From the NCBI RefSeq assembly GCF_035084215.1, contig NC_090338.1:21514001-21578000 (forward strand): a stretch of DNA of 64,000 bases, read 5' to 3'. Below are positions 24,895 to 36,368 of the stretch, piece after piece. A program made the position numbers and the translations under genes. The notes beneath the pieces were generated by a model, which saw only the letters and a list, made by a program, of their open reading frames with translations, had not been told where the DNA came from and did not search any database. Positions within the stretch are counted from its first letter, which is position 1. Each line of letters begins with the position of its first letter. The stretch comes from Heptranchias perlo. Taxonomy: Eukaryota.

Positions 24895-26563
24895 GGAACA
24901 GGAGGAGGCCATTCAGACCCTCGTGCCTGCTCCAGGCCATTTGATAAGATCATGGCTGATCTGTGATCTAACTCCATATACCTACCTTTGGCCCATATCC
25001 CTTAATACCTTTGGTTGCCAAAAAGCTATCTATCTCACATTTAAATTTAGCAATTGAGCTCGTATCAATTGCCATTTGTGGAAGAGAGTTCCAAACTTCT
25101 ACAACCCTTTGCGTGTAGAAATGTTTTCTAATCTCGCTCCTGAAAGGTCTGGCTTTAATTTTTAGATTGTTCCCCCTACTCCTAAAATCCCCAACCAGCA
25201 GAAATAGTTTCTCTCTATCCACTCTATCTGTTCCCCTTAATATCTTATAAACTTCGATCAGATCACCCCTTAACCTTCAAAACTCTGGAGAATACAACCC
25301 CAATTTGTGTAATCTCTCCTCGTAACTTAACCCTTGAAGTCCAGGTATCATTCTAGTAAACCTACGCTGCACTCCCTCCAAGGCCAATATGTCCTTCCGA
25401 AGGTACGGTGCCCAGAACTGCTCACAGTACTCCAGGTGCGGTCGAACCAGGGTTTTGTATAGCTGCAGCATAACCTCTGTCCCCTTGTATTCTAGTCCTC
25501 TAGATATAAAGGCCAGCATTCCATTTGCCTTCTTGATTATTTTCTGCACCTGTTCATGACACTTCAATGATCTATGTACCTGAACCCCTAAGTCCCTTTG
25601 GACATCCACTGTTTTTAACTTTTTACCATTTAGAAAGTACCCTGTTCTATCCTTTTTTGATCCAAAGTGGATGACCTCACATTTGTCTACATTGAATTCC
25701 ATTTACCACAGTTTTGCCCATTCACCTAATCTATCAATATCGTTTTGTAATTTTATGTTTTCATCTACACTGCTTACAATGCCACCAATCCTTGTGTCAT
25801 CGGCAAACTTAGATATGAGACTTTCTATGCCTTCATCTAAGTCATTAATAAATACTGTGAATAATTGAGGCCCCAAGACAGATCCCTGCGGGACTCCACT
25901 AGTCACATCCTGCCAATGTGAGTACCTTCCCATTATCCCTACTCTCTGTCGCCTTTCGCTCAGCCAACTTCCTAACCAAGTCCGTACTTTTCCCTCGATT
26001 CTATGGGCTTCTATCTTAGCTAACAGTCTCTTATGTGGGACCTTATCAAATGCCTTCTGGAAGTCCATATAAATAACTTCCATTGACATTCCCCTGTCCA
26101 CTACTTTAATCACCTCTTCAAAAAATTCAATCAGGTTTGTCAGGCACGACCTACCTTTCACAAATCCATGCTGGCTCTCTCTGATTAACTGAAAATTCTC
26201 GAGGTGTTCAGTCACCCTATCTTTAATTATAGACTCCAGCATTTTCCCCACAACAGATGTTAGGCTAACTGGTCTATAATTCCCTGGTTTCCCTCTCTCT
26301 CCTTTCTTAAAAAGCGGAGTGACATGTGCAATTTTCCAATCTGGAGGGACAGTTTCTGAATCTAGAGAACTTTGAAAGATTATAGTTATGGTATCCGCAA
26401 TGTGCTCACCTACTTCCTTTAAAACCCTGGGATGGAAACCATCTGGTCCTGGGGATTTGTCACTCTTTAGTGCTATTATTTTCTTCATTACTGTTGCTTT
26501 ACCTATGTTAATTTTATCGAGTCCCTGTCCCCGATTCAACATAAATTTTCTTGGGATTTCCAA
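24895..26563 (-). mobile_element. Young CR1 LINE, 5'-truncated; tail displaced to 22835-22854
   Basis: ORFs 25703-26596, 25277-25702 and 24968-25222 form an almost continuous RT to C-terminus. Nearly identical to 58605-60078. Confidence 0.95.
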
Positions 26564-26930
26564 TACGTTTCCAAAATGTCGGGCAAAAATGACCAATTTT
26601 GCAGGGCTCTGCCCTGCACCCCAGTGATGCCTGAAAAAAAATCTGACGCCATAATAGTCTCAGATGATTTTCAGGCGTTCGGCCGCCTAAAGCAGGCATC
26701 AGGCCCCTTACCTATGCTAATAAGGGGCCTAACACCTCTTTTAGGACCCCTCATGGAAATTGGGCTGCCCTCAGTGAAGCTGGCACAGGCCTGCTCCGCT
26801 CAGGTTTTGCTGGCGTGGATATGGCCTCGCCTTAAAGGTAGTGTAAAACTTAATTTTTTTTTAGTAACGTGGAGCTCCACCCGGATCCACAGCACTCCTA
26901 CTGGCCGCAATCGCCCCACGCTTCTGCCAT

Positions 26931-27061
26931 CTTCTCCCCTTCTCCTCTTCCCCCCCCCCCCCCCCACCCCAGGACATACCCGAGGGCCGCTGCCAGCAAA
27001 GCAAATGGCCCAAAATTCAATCCTCCTGAAGGGCGAGCTGCCTACGGAGGCCCAATTTCAG
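26931..27061 (+). repeat. Second copy of the 126-bp direct repeat
   Basis: See 22584-22709. Confidence 0.9.
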
Positions 27062-28250
27062 ACCAGCCTTGGACCTCTCTGTTCAGGTGCGCTGCTCATG
27101 GAGTACCGAGTCTGGGCCCAAAAACCCCAACTGACTTTCCCTTCCCTAGCCTAGTTTTTCCAAGGCCATTTATACCATGTCTGCCAACACTCCAGCTAAA
27201 ATCGACTCAGTACACGACCAAAGGATTGAACTTTGGATCTTCCAGATCAGTAAAGCTCAGCTACTGACTGCCTCTCAACCATTAGTAGAAAACTCATCTT
27301 AATTTTTAGAGTATAATTCTAAACACTAAACCTGACTCCACTCCAGAACACTGCCTGCAGATGGCCTTTGCCCAACAAAACACCAGTCATTGGCTTTAGT
27401 GATCAGTAGCAGGCCTCCCCCATTCTTCCAAAATTTGGAAGGTTCTTTCAGCTTTGTCTCTTGCTGACATGAGTTCACTGGAGGATTATTACAACACTTG
27501 CATTATTAAACAGAAATTCAAAATGTTTAATTAGGAGCTGATTATATGGTCTTACAACTAGGGATCAAGTTACATTACTGTTGCAACATGAGAAGATGAA
27601 CTGCATTTTCCCTTTTTCAATGATTAACAGGCCAATTTAAAACAATAGCAAAATATCTAGAATGCATTTTGGGAAGCCGAGATAGGCTTGCAACAATAGA
27701 GGACAAGAGACGCAGGTAACATCCGTAATGGTGTTCTTGCGTGTGTTCTGAGCTCTGCTACAATGTAGTGCTTTAAATGACCCCTTGTTCTCTCTTGCAT
27801 CCCACAGTGCGTGTGAACACGACCTTGTTATGGAGGTGATTTTACCCATGTTGAGGAGTGCTAAGCAATGCAAGCTGAAAGGGCAAACCATTTCACTGTT
27901 CTGCAGTCCTTATAAAGTGCATTGACAGAGGTTAAGCAATCTAGGTCGGGAGAACAACTATTTTGGTTTGTGTTACTGCTAAGGCTGACTGGCGAGAATA
28001 TGCCTGTTGGCACTTGGCAGTAATCCTACCAGATTCCACTTTTGCTGAATTTTGTAGAGATGGAAATATAGTTTACCTCTTTCATGGTTCCAGAGAGCTT
28101 ATTTGTACATCCAAAAGTATTATATGATGGCGTTTTATTAACGTATGTTTTTGTCCTGACATTTTGTCCATCAATGTAAGAGAACGGAGGTGAAGGTGAG
28201 GAACATTTTTCCTCACTGCATCCAGTAATACCAACAAGCACTCTGGCACT

Positions 28251-28886
28251 ACAGCAAGCAATTAGGAAGGCAAATGGTATGTTAGCGTTTATTGCAAGGG
28301 GGTTGGAGTATAAGAGTTAGGAGGTCTTGCTGCAATTATATAGGGCTCTGGAGAGACCACACCTGGAGTACTATGTACAATTTTGGTCTCCTTACCTAAG
28401 GAAGGATATACTTGCCTTAGAGGGGGTGCAACAAAGGTTCGCTAAATTGATTCCTGGGCTGAGAGGGTTGTCCTATGAGGAGAGATTGAGTAGAATGGAC
28501 CTATATTCTCTGGAGTTTAGAAGAATGAGAGGTGATCTCATTGAAACATATAAGATTCTGAGGGGGCTTGACAGGGTAGATGCTGAGAGGTTGTTTCCCC
28601 TGGCTGGAGAGCCTAGAATTAGGGGCATAGTCTCAGGATAAGGGGTCGGCCATTTAAGATTGAGATGAGGAGGAATTTCTTCACTGAAAGGGCTGTGGAT
28701 GCTGAGTCGTTGAGTACATTCGAGGCTGAGATAAATAGATTTTTGGACTCTAGGAGAATCAAGGGATATGGGGATCGGGCAGGAAAGTGGCGCTGAGGTC
28801 GAAGATCAGCCATGATCTGATTGAATGGCGGAGCAGGCTCAAGGGGCCATATGGCCTACTCCTGCTCCTATTTCTTTTGTTCTTAT
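28251..28886 (+). mobile_element. CR1 family A 3' fragment
   Basis: ORF 28327-28641 (LQLYRALERPHLEY..RFAKLIPGLRGLSYEERL), 3' UTR and ttcttat tail. Confidence 0.92.
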
Positions 28887-29031
28887 GAGATGAATGACTG
28901 GTTGATCTGTTTTGTTTGTGTTTGATGAGGGAGAATTGTTGACCAGAACACTGAGTGCACTCTAGCTTTTTAAATAGTATCATGGGATCTTTAATATCTA
29001 CATAAACCACTGGAACTGACAGAAAAGACCT
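28887..29031 (+). repeat. Copy of the SINE-derived 3' flank at 18562-18707
   Basis: gagatgaatgactggttgatctg..gtgcactctagct..aaatagtatcatgggatctttaa..gaactgacag follows the CR1 tail at the same junction in both loci. Confidence 0.85.
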
Positions 29032-31151
29032 GTTTCTTCTGTCCATATGTTTTTAATCTGTGCTCAGGGTAGACTGTAGGCTAGATGAACTACAGAGATT
29101 CCCTGTGTTACCTGACCATCACCTTTGCTGTAAGAGGCGGGCCTTTACTGCGGCAAGCCTCCCTGCACTGATGTTGCCGATGCACCACTAACCTCCAGAG
29201 GAATCCCCCTCCACTGCAAGATTGTGACATTTCTATCTTGCACGCCTTCACTCCTTATGGCCTTACAAAGCATTTGCTTGCAAAATCAGTTTGGTTGGCA
29301 CCTCGCCATGATTTGCATGTGCCAGTGCAAGAGAAAATGCTCCTCCCTCTTCAAGAAGTGTCATTTTTAGAGGAGGTACTCAATCAGGATCGTCATGTTG
29401 TGAGCACTGAAATGCCTGCTACTTGCATTTTCTCCATCTGTATGGACAGAGTGTATTGTGTAGAAACGACTCATGGAACAAAAAACTTAGCAATTCGATA
29501 CATTAAAAAAAACTCCCCACAGCCTGCAACCGTACAAATGTCCTCCCTCCATGCCCCCAATATTATTCAAAAATTAAACTTTAATTTGCAGGGCTCCTGC
29601 CCTCTGAAGAAATTAGTTCTCGATCCGTGGCCAAGTTTTTGCTCTGGACTCATCTGCACTGGGAATTAAGTTAACGGGAAACTTTAGACATACAGTTGAT
29701 TTGACCTCCTATGTGGAGAGATCTGTAATGTATTATCCTTTCCTGACGGGAATGGGTGAGGGGTTGTGTGAGTGAGAGAGAACGAGTGAGGGAGAATAAA
29801 GATGACGTGAAGTGTGATTTGTATTTGTGAAATATGTAGTTCAGCTTTACTTCCAATTAAGATGTCTGTTGAGGCTGAACCCTAAGCTTCAGCCTATTCT
29901 TCTCGCTTTACACTAGGCTGCGATAGTGCCCAGACTCCTTCAGACAGCTGCCAGAAGCAGGAAACGCAATTTCTGCTCTCTAACCTGGAGTGCAGCCAAA
30001 TCCCACAGAAAAAAAATTAAATAGTTTTAAAAGGTACAATTAGTACATTGATTTTGTAATTGATTCATTAAAATAAATTAAGATGATTGGAATAAAATAT
30101 TACCTGCTTTTTTTTTTCTTTTTCCCTGGTGTGTGTTTTATTCTTGACTCAGTTGTTTAATATTAAAATCTAAAGGTTTATTTGCCAAGTAACCCAAGTA
30201 TGTGACTAATTGAATTAAAAAACGTCAACTCTGATTTATTTTGTAGCCATTTCACTCCTGTCCCTGATCCTGTTCCACATTCTTTTCATAAGCTAAGCAT
30301 GCAGGCAGGCAACCTGTTACCAAGCCTCTGCCAAGGCCATCTTTGAACATAGCACTATCAAATGATCTAGAGAAGAGCCCTAATACTCCCAATTGTGATT
30401 TTGAAGTTAGTGTGTGTTTATGTGGGTGGGGAAGAATAGCAGTGCACCATCGGACTCCATCTTTCATATACCAACTTCATCAACTTAATCAGGCAACCAG
30501 CTGTCGGGCATCTGCCATTGTCACTCAGGGAGATGTGAAGGAATCGACTTGGGTAATTTTCCACCTCTGTGCAGAAGTATCTGGCCTCCACTTGGTGTCT
30601 CTGCTCAGAGATTCTACGGAGAACAGTAATTCAGTGGGAGAAACAAATCTGCATCCTACCACATCTATGCCTCTCTGCCGTTATATTCAGTTACTTCATA
30701 ACCTTTGTCCAGTGCATAGCTGCTGATTAAACTCAGAACAGAAACTTAGAATCAAGATGCGAATGTATCTCTATTTATAGGATCAAGTGGGAAGATTATT
30801 GCATCATGCACCATTTCTCATCCAAGTGGTTGGAGCGAGGACCTTCTTCCAACCTTCTTTTAATGTCACTTTGTAACTGTCTTTATGAAGGTACATAGGA
30901 ACAAACTGTGGAAAGGATGACTTCCCCTCCTATTTTGTTCCTCTTCCTCCCTGGGGAGAATGTTTCTTGTGCCTCCCACCTCATATTGTGAGAAAGTCTC
31001 TTGTTCAAATCCCATTGTCCCATCACTCCATGGCACAATGCTGTGGAGCACCAATGTGTCATAGCACCATATATGATAAATATTTTAAAAGTTGTCGTGG
31101 ATACCACTTCGGCATGAACCAAAATTATACATTAGCGTGTTTCATCGAACT

Positions 31152-31300
31152 TCATAGTGGGTACAGCACAGGAGGCGGCCATTCGGCCCATTGCGCCTGT
31201 GCCGGCTCTTTGAAAGAGCTATCCAATTAGTCCCATTCCCCAGCTTTTTCCCCATAGCCCTGTAAATTTTTTCCCTTCATGTATTTATCCAACTTCCATT
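31152..31300 (-). mobile_element. CR1 3' UTR fragment
   Basis: Homologous to 62535-62690 (tacagcac..ggagg..ggcccattg..gaaagagct..caattagtcccattccc..ttttttcccttca). Confidence 0.7.
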
Positions 31301-32012
31301 CCAAGAGAAGGAACTGGTCAGTTGAAACTTCCAAGAGTTGCTTTACATTCGAACAAACTCCTTCTGTGGTAAGAAGTTTAAGAAGAAAAGAAACACTAAT
31401 ATACAAGTTATTTACAAAGGGTTAACTTAGTGCTTCGAGTTGCAATCCTTTCATTGTTTATCCACTCAAGGAGTGAGGTCGAAGGATTTCTACTATAAAT
31501 TTAAAATTATTATTTGACTGTGACTGTTCTTTTGTTAAATAAATTAACTTATTGGTTTTAAACATAAAACAAGGTCTGAAAGTGTGTTGCAATAGTCTTA
31601 AAGACAAGTGATCCTTTGAAGACAAAGGTTAAATCCAGTAGCTAAAAACAATGAATAGAGAGGGTTTGCTGTTTGTTTCTTGGGCACTTTATCAAGAGTT
31701 TACCTATATCTCAAGGCTAGGATAGACACTTTCGAAGGTGTGGGGAGTTGGAACTTGCCCAAGAGAGTGATCAAAGATATGAGAGCCGAAATTGTTTAGA
31801 AAAGTAGGGGAGAAAAAGACCCAACAATACGATAACTGCGTTTTATATTAATGCATATGGACACTTTTCAGAGACATGATAAGGCATTATATCAATGTAA
31901 TTTTCTTTCTTCCTTACTTGTTTACCTACATCATAACAGTCAATGCACTTAGAAGTAATTCATTGTATATGAAGCACTTTGAGATCGTTCTGAGACATAT
32001 GACTAGACACCG

Positions 32013-32890
32013 TGGGCACAATTTTAATATGCCAGCGTGAAGAGTCTGGGGGGGAGGTGGTGGGGGGGTGATTTACGGGTGCCAAACCCGGAAGGGAAGT
32101 CGGTGAGTTGCAATCGCGACCCTAATGAGGCCAATCAAAGCCTTTTCTGGGTTCCTGTCAATCAGGCTGGCTGCCGACAGGAACTGCACATCCGAGGTTG
32201 GGGGGTGGGGGGGGAGAGAAAGAGAGAGAGAGAGAGAGAGCGAGACCTCATCGACAGTTAGGATAGAGATTGGCGAGAGTGGGGGGTGGGGGGAAGCAAA
32301 GATTAGAGTGGAGACATCGGATATCAGGATCAGAGGGCAGATATCGGACATCGGGATCAGAGTGGGGGGAGGGGTCCAGGCAACATGTTATTAACTGACC
32401 AGTTCAGAGCAATAAATGTGTGTTTTTTAGGTATGTTTATTTAATTTGTTTGCAATGGGAAATGTAATTTTGAAATTCACTGGCTCCTCCATGGAACTAC
32501 ACCAGCAGGGAGCCCCGAAAGGGGGTGGGAAGGCAATAGTCGGGGGAAGGATGAGGGACCGACAGTGGGAGGTGGGAGATGATTTTTGTTTGACCAGGGG
32601 GTGTATTTCTAGCCCAACCTAAATTGGTTGAAAAAAAGCCATGTTTTCCGAGCAACCTCCAGTCGCTCCTTTAAGGATGGTTGGTTTGGCTGTTCTCCAT
32701 TCAGTTCCATGGTGCAGGGCTTGTGCAGCGCACGCTCTGCCCAGTGGAAGGTCAAAATTACATTGGGATCCTAAATACATCAAAGACCCCAATTTAAATA
32801 TATTGCCTGAAACTTCCTCCTGTTTCGGGCAGGAACGCTGGCCACTTGAATCGAGGCCCGCTTGCACGTCGCAATTGGTGAACCTAGGGC
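32013..32890. mobile_element. GC-rich MITE-like remnant with an internal (GA)n tract
   Basis: Starts gggcacaattttaa (Harbinger-like end) and contains cccggaag, G-runs and (GA)n at 32214-32240. The right end is not resolved. Confidence 0.4.
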
Positions 32891-35329
32891 GGAAACTCGG
32901 CAGTGTTATTTTGTCCTATTTTTGTCTTGCTACAGCCATTCCCTTTGTGCAATCTGAGCTGCCAGCTCAGGAGCACACTGGCTGAGGTTTGGGCACATTG
33001 TTACCTGCTCACATTTTCATTTGGGAACAGGAAGCGGTGCCAGGGATAAAGGGTGAAAAAAAAACTTAACAGTGAGAGTGAGGGAAATTAGTAAATAATT
33101 CAAATCATCTAAGATCTGTTGAACTTCCAGATGTGTTGTAATTACTCAATTAGTCATATGTACTGATTGAACTGAACAAACCAGTTCAGAGCAATAAATG
33201 CGTGTTTGCGGTTTAGCCATTTGAGTTATGGGATTTCGTGGAGCTGCTTATTCAGGCATTTTGAAACTTATTTATGGCTAGAGCTATTTATGGATGTACA
33301 GGAATAAACACTTCCCCAACTTTTAATTTAATTGAATATTCATGAAAGGGTTATTAATTTTTGTACTTTTTTTTCGAGCGCCTCTTTGATTTTGCTTTGT
33401 AATTAAGCCGTTGAGAATTCTTAAAGTATTTTAAGAAATAATTTGGTAAATATTATGCTCATTGTTATGAATTTGGGACTGCTGTGGATACTTTCTCAGG
33501 TTCTGTTGCATCAGTAACTCCTGTAAGTACTTACTCTGAGGGCTTTACTTTTATGAGAGTGAACTCACATTTCCTTTTCTCTACTTGTACAGTAACAGGA
33601 CCCAGAAGTATTATAATGAAGCTCCCTTGAAATTTGGACCAAATTTCTGTGTCTTTCACACTCGTCCTTCAACCACTCCAAAAGCAAACTGAATTAAACC
33701 ACGTGAGGCGTAGCTTAGTTTGAATAATTAAGGTGCCTTATTGTACAGTAAGGTAATTGTACAGAGCAATCATCTGGAGCAGATTTGCTTAGTTCAATCG
33801 AGACAACTTGGCTGCACATAAAGATATATAAATAATAAAAATGCAACGCTATCCCACTTTGAAAGGTCGTCTTAATTTACTTGAATAAAATAATCTCTCT
33901 GCTTTCTGTCCTACAATCTCAGAGTAGAATTTCTACTCCGCAGTCTTTTGCTGCCTGACTGCATTTGCAGGCTGTTTTCAAAAAACAGACTGCCTTTTTA
34001 GGTATATAGTGTTCTGCTTTATTTCTGACTTCACACTTATGGACACAAGCCACAGAATTGCTACTGTTTGGTTTCTGAAGGAAAACAATGTAACATTAGC
34101 ATATTAATTACCTTTCGTCTGACTTTGGATTCATAACCTAGGTTGTCCTTTTTAAAATATCTCATATCTCGATTCTTCCTGTAACACTGGTTAAAAAAAA
34201 ATCCAGAAATGTGACACTTGTCAAGATGGCGGAGAATGGAATGTTTTTTTCTACATTTTTTTCTGTGAATGTCAAATCACATTCACTCACTGGCCAGTCA
34301 TATATTACACAGGTGGATGCACAGTGAAGTTCTCTCTACACTGACCCATCAGGCAATTTTTTAAATTGAGAATTCCCATAGTGCAGGGCACCATCAAGGT
34401 GAAAATAGAAGGAGGGATGATGAGCTAAGTCACATGATAATGGTTAAGCGAGACTATGTTTGGATTTTTAAAGCCTGTAGAATGTAGGAGGAAAGTAAGA
34501 TGTCTAGAGAATGCATTTGATATGACGCCTACACACCTTCGTGAAACCAACTGCGTTGTTATTGCTACAAATGATATCAGCTTTGTTTCACGTAAGGTCC
34601 AATTAATGATGTCAATTTTCAAATGCTAGAAATAATAAAAAAAAACAAATTGAGGCCCAACCTTAAATTCATATTTGAGCTGATGTTCTCGAAGTTGATT
34701 GAGAAATGTGATATATGGCAATGGAAACAGTGGCTATGAATGTGGTGCATGAAGGTACTGTTTGTTTATCATCACGGAGGCACATTTATTTTGCTATATA
34801 TCCACAAATTTAGCTTTATTAAACTGTCTTTGGGATGCTGTGTATTGCAGTTTCATTGATTTTTTTTTCCTCCTTGAAAATGTTACTTGAGTCTTAGCTT
34901 CGGTATGAAACTGACTCACATAGATCGGCTTGCAACAGTTGAAAGTAATTCTGCGATAAATCACAGGGTGCACATTGCAGCAGTTGAAAGTAATTCTGGG
35001 ATGAAATGACACAGTAGTCAGGGAACTGAATGTTGCAAGAATGCAAACTGCACAGTCACATCTGAGGCCTGGATTTTCAGATAGCTTGGAAGTCTCCTTT
35101 TTCTGTTGGTTGTAAGAGTCCTATTTGAAATCAGTTGGAGCAATCTCAACCCAATTCCTAGTAGATCTGGACCCACAGGGCAAAATTGTATCTAATTTAA
35201 TGCTTAAAAAGGTAGTTTCACTTGGTTAGGAAAAGGAAAGTGTCACAGAGGTGCAGTTTCTGAAATTAGGGTGATGGTGCATCTTTGAGGTAGAGTAGAG
35301 GGAAGTTTACTTTGAATCTAACTTTTTTT

Positions 35330-36368
35330 TTATTCGTTCATGAGATGTGGGCATCGCTGGCGAGGCCAGCATTTATTGCCCATCTCTAATTGCCCTTGAG
35401 AAGCTGGTGGTGAGCCGCCTTCTTGAACTGCTGCAGTCCTTCTGGTGAAGGTTCTCCCACAGTGCTGTAAGGAAGGGAGTTCCAGGATTTTGACCCAGCG
35501 ACGATGAAGGAGCGACAATATATTTCCAAGTCGGGATGGTGTGTGACTTGGAAGGGAATGTGCAGGTGGTGTTGTTCCCATGTGCCTGCTGCTCTTGTCC
35601 TTCTAGGTGGTAGAGGTCGCGGGTTTGTGAGGTGCTGTCGAAGAAGCCTTGGCGAGTTGCTGCAGTGCATCCTGTAGATGGTACACACTGCAGCCACGAT
35701 GCGCTGTTGGTGAAGGGAGTGAATGTTTAGGGTGGTGGATGAGGTGCCAATCAAGCAGGCTGCTTTGCCCTGGATGGTGTCGAGCTTCTTGAGTGTTGTT
35801 GGAGCTGCACTCATCCAGGCAAGTAGAGATTATTTCATCACACTCCTGACTTGTGCCTTGTAGATGGCTTTGGGGAGTCAGGAGGAGTCACTCGCTGCAG
35901 AATACCCAGCCTGTCTCCTGCTTTTGTAGCCACAGTATTTATATGGCTGGTCCAGTTAAGTTTCTGGTCAATGGTGACTTCCAGGATGTTGATGGTGGGG
36001 GATTCGGCGATGGTAATACCGTTGAATATTAAGGGGAGATGATTAGACTCTTTCTTGTTGGAGATGGTCATTGCCTGGCAATTGTCTGGCCCGAATGTTA
36101 CTTTCTACTTATCAGCCTAAGCCTGGATGTTGTCCAGGTATTTCTGCATGCGGGCACGATTGCTTCATTATTTGAGGGGTTGCGAATGGAACTGAACACT
36201 GTGCAATTATCAGCAAACATCCCCATTTCTGACCTTATGATGGAGGGAAGGTCATTGATGAAGCAGCTGAAGATGGTTGGGCCTAGGACACTGCCCTGAG
36301 GAACTCCTGCAGCAATGTCCTGGGGCTGAGATGATTGACCTCCAACAACCACTGCCATCTTCCTTTGT
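35330..36368 (-). mobile_element. CR1-clade LINE family B, 3' ~1 kb
   Basis: GVPQGSVLGPTIFSCFINDLPSIIRSEMGMFADN, TIDQKLNWTSHI, FIVAGSKSWNSLP; A-rich end. Confidence 0.9.

Larger units (their letters stand above)
22809..27064. mobile_element. Older MITE-like element (22809-22834 plus about 26565-27064) split by CR1 and Harbinger insertions
   Basis: The left end ggggtagaaattggtc is imperfectly complementary to gcccaatttcagacc at 27050-27064. The GC-rich body resumes after the CR1 5' end. Confidence 0.4.

Noticed and set aside
34930-34998. CRISPR-like repeat-spacer-repeat
   Set aside because: Only two units, a eukaryotic context and no cas genes.
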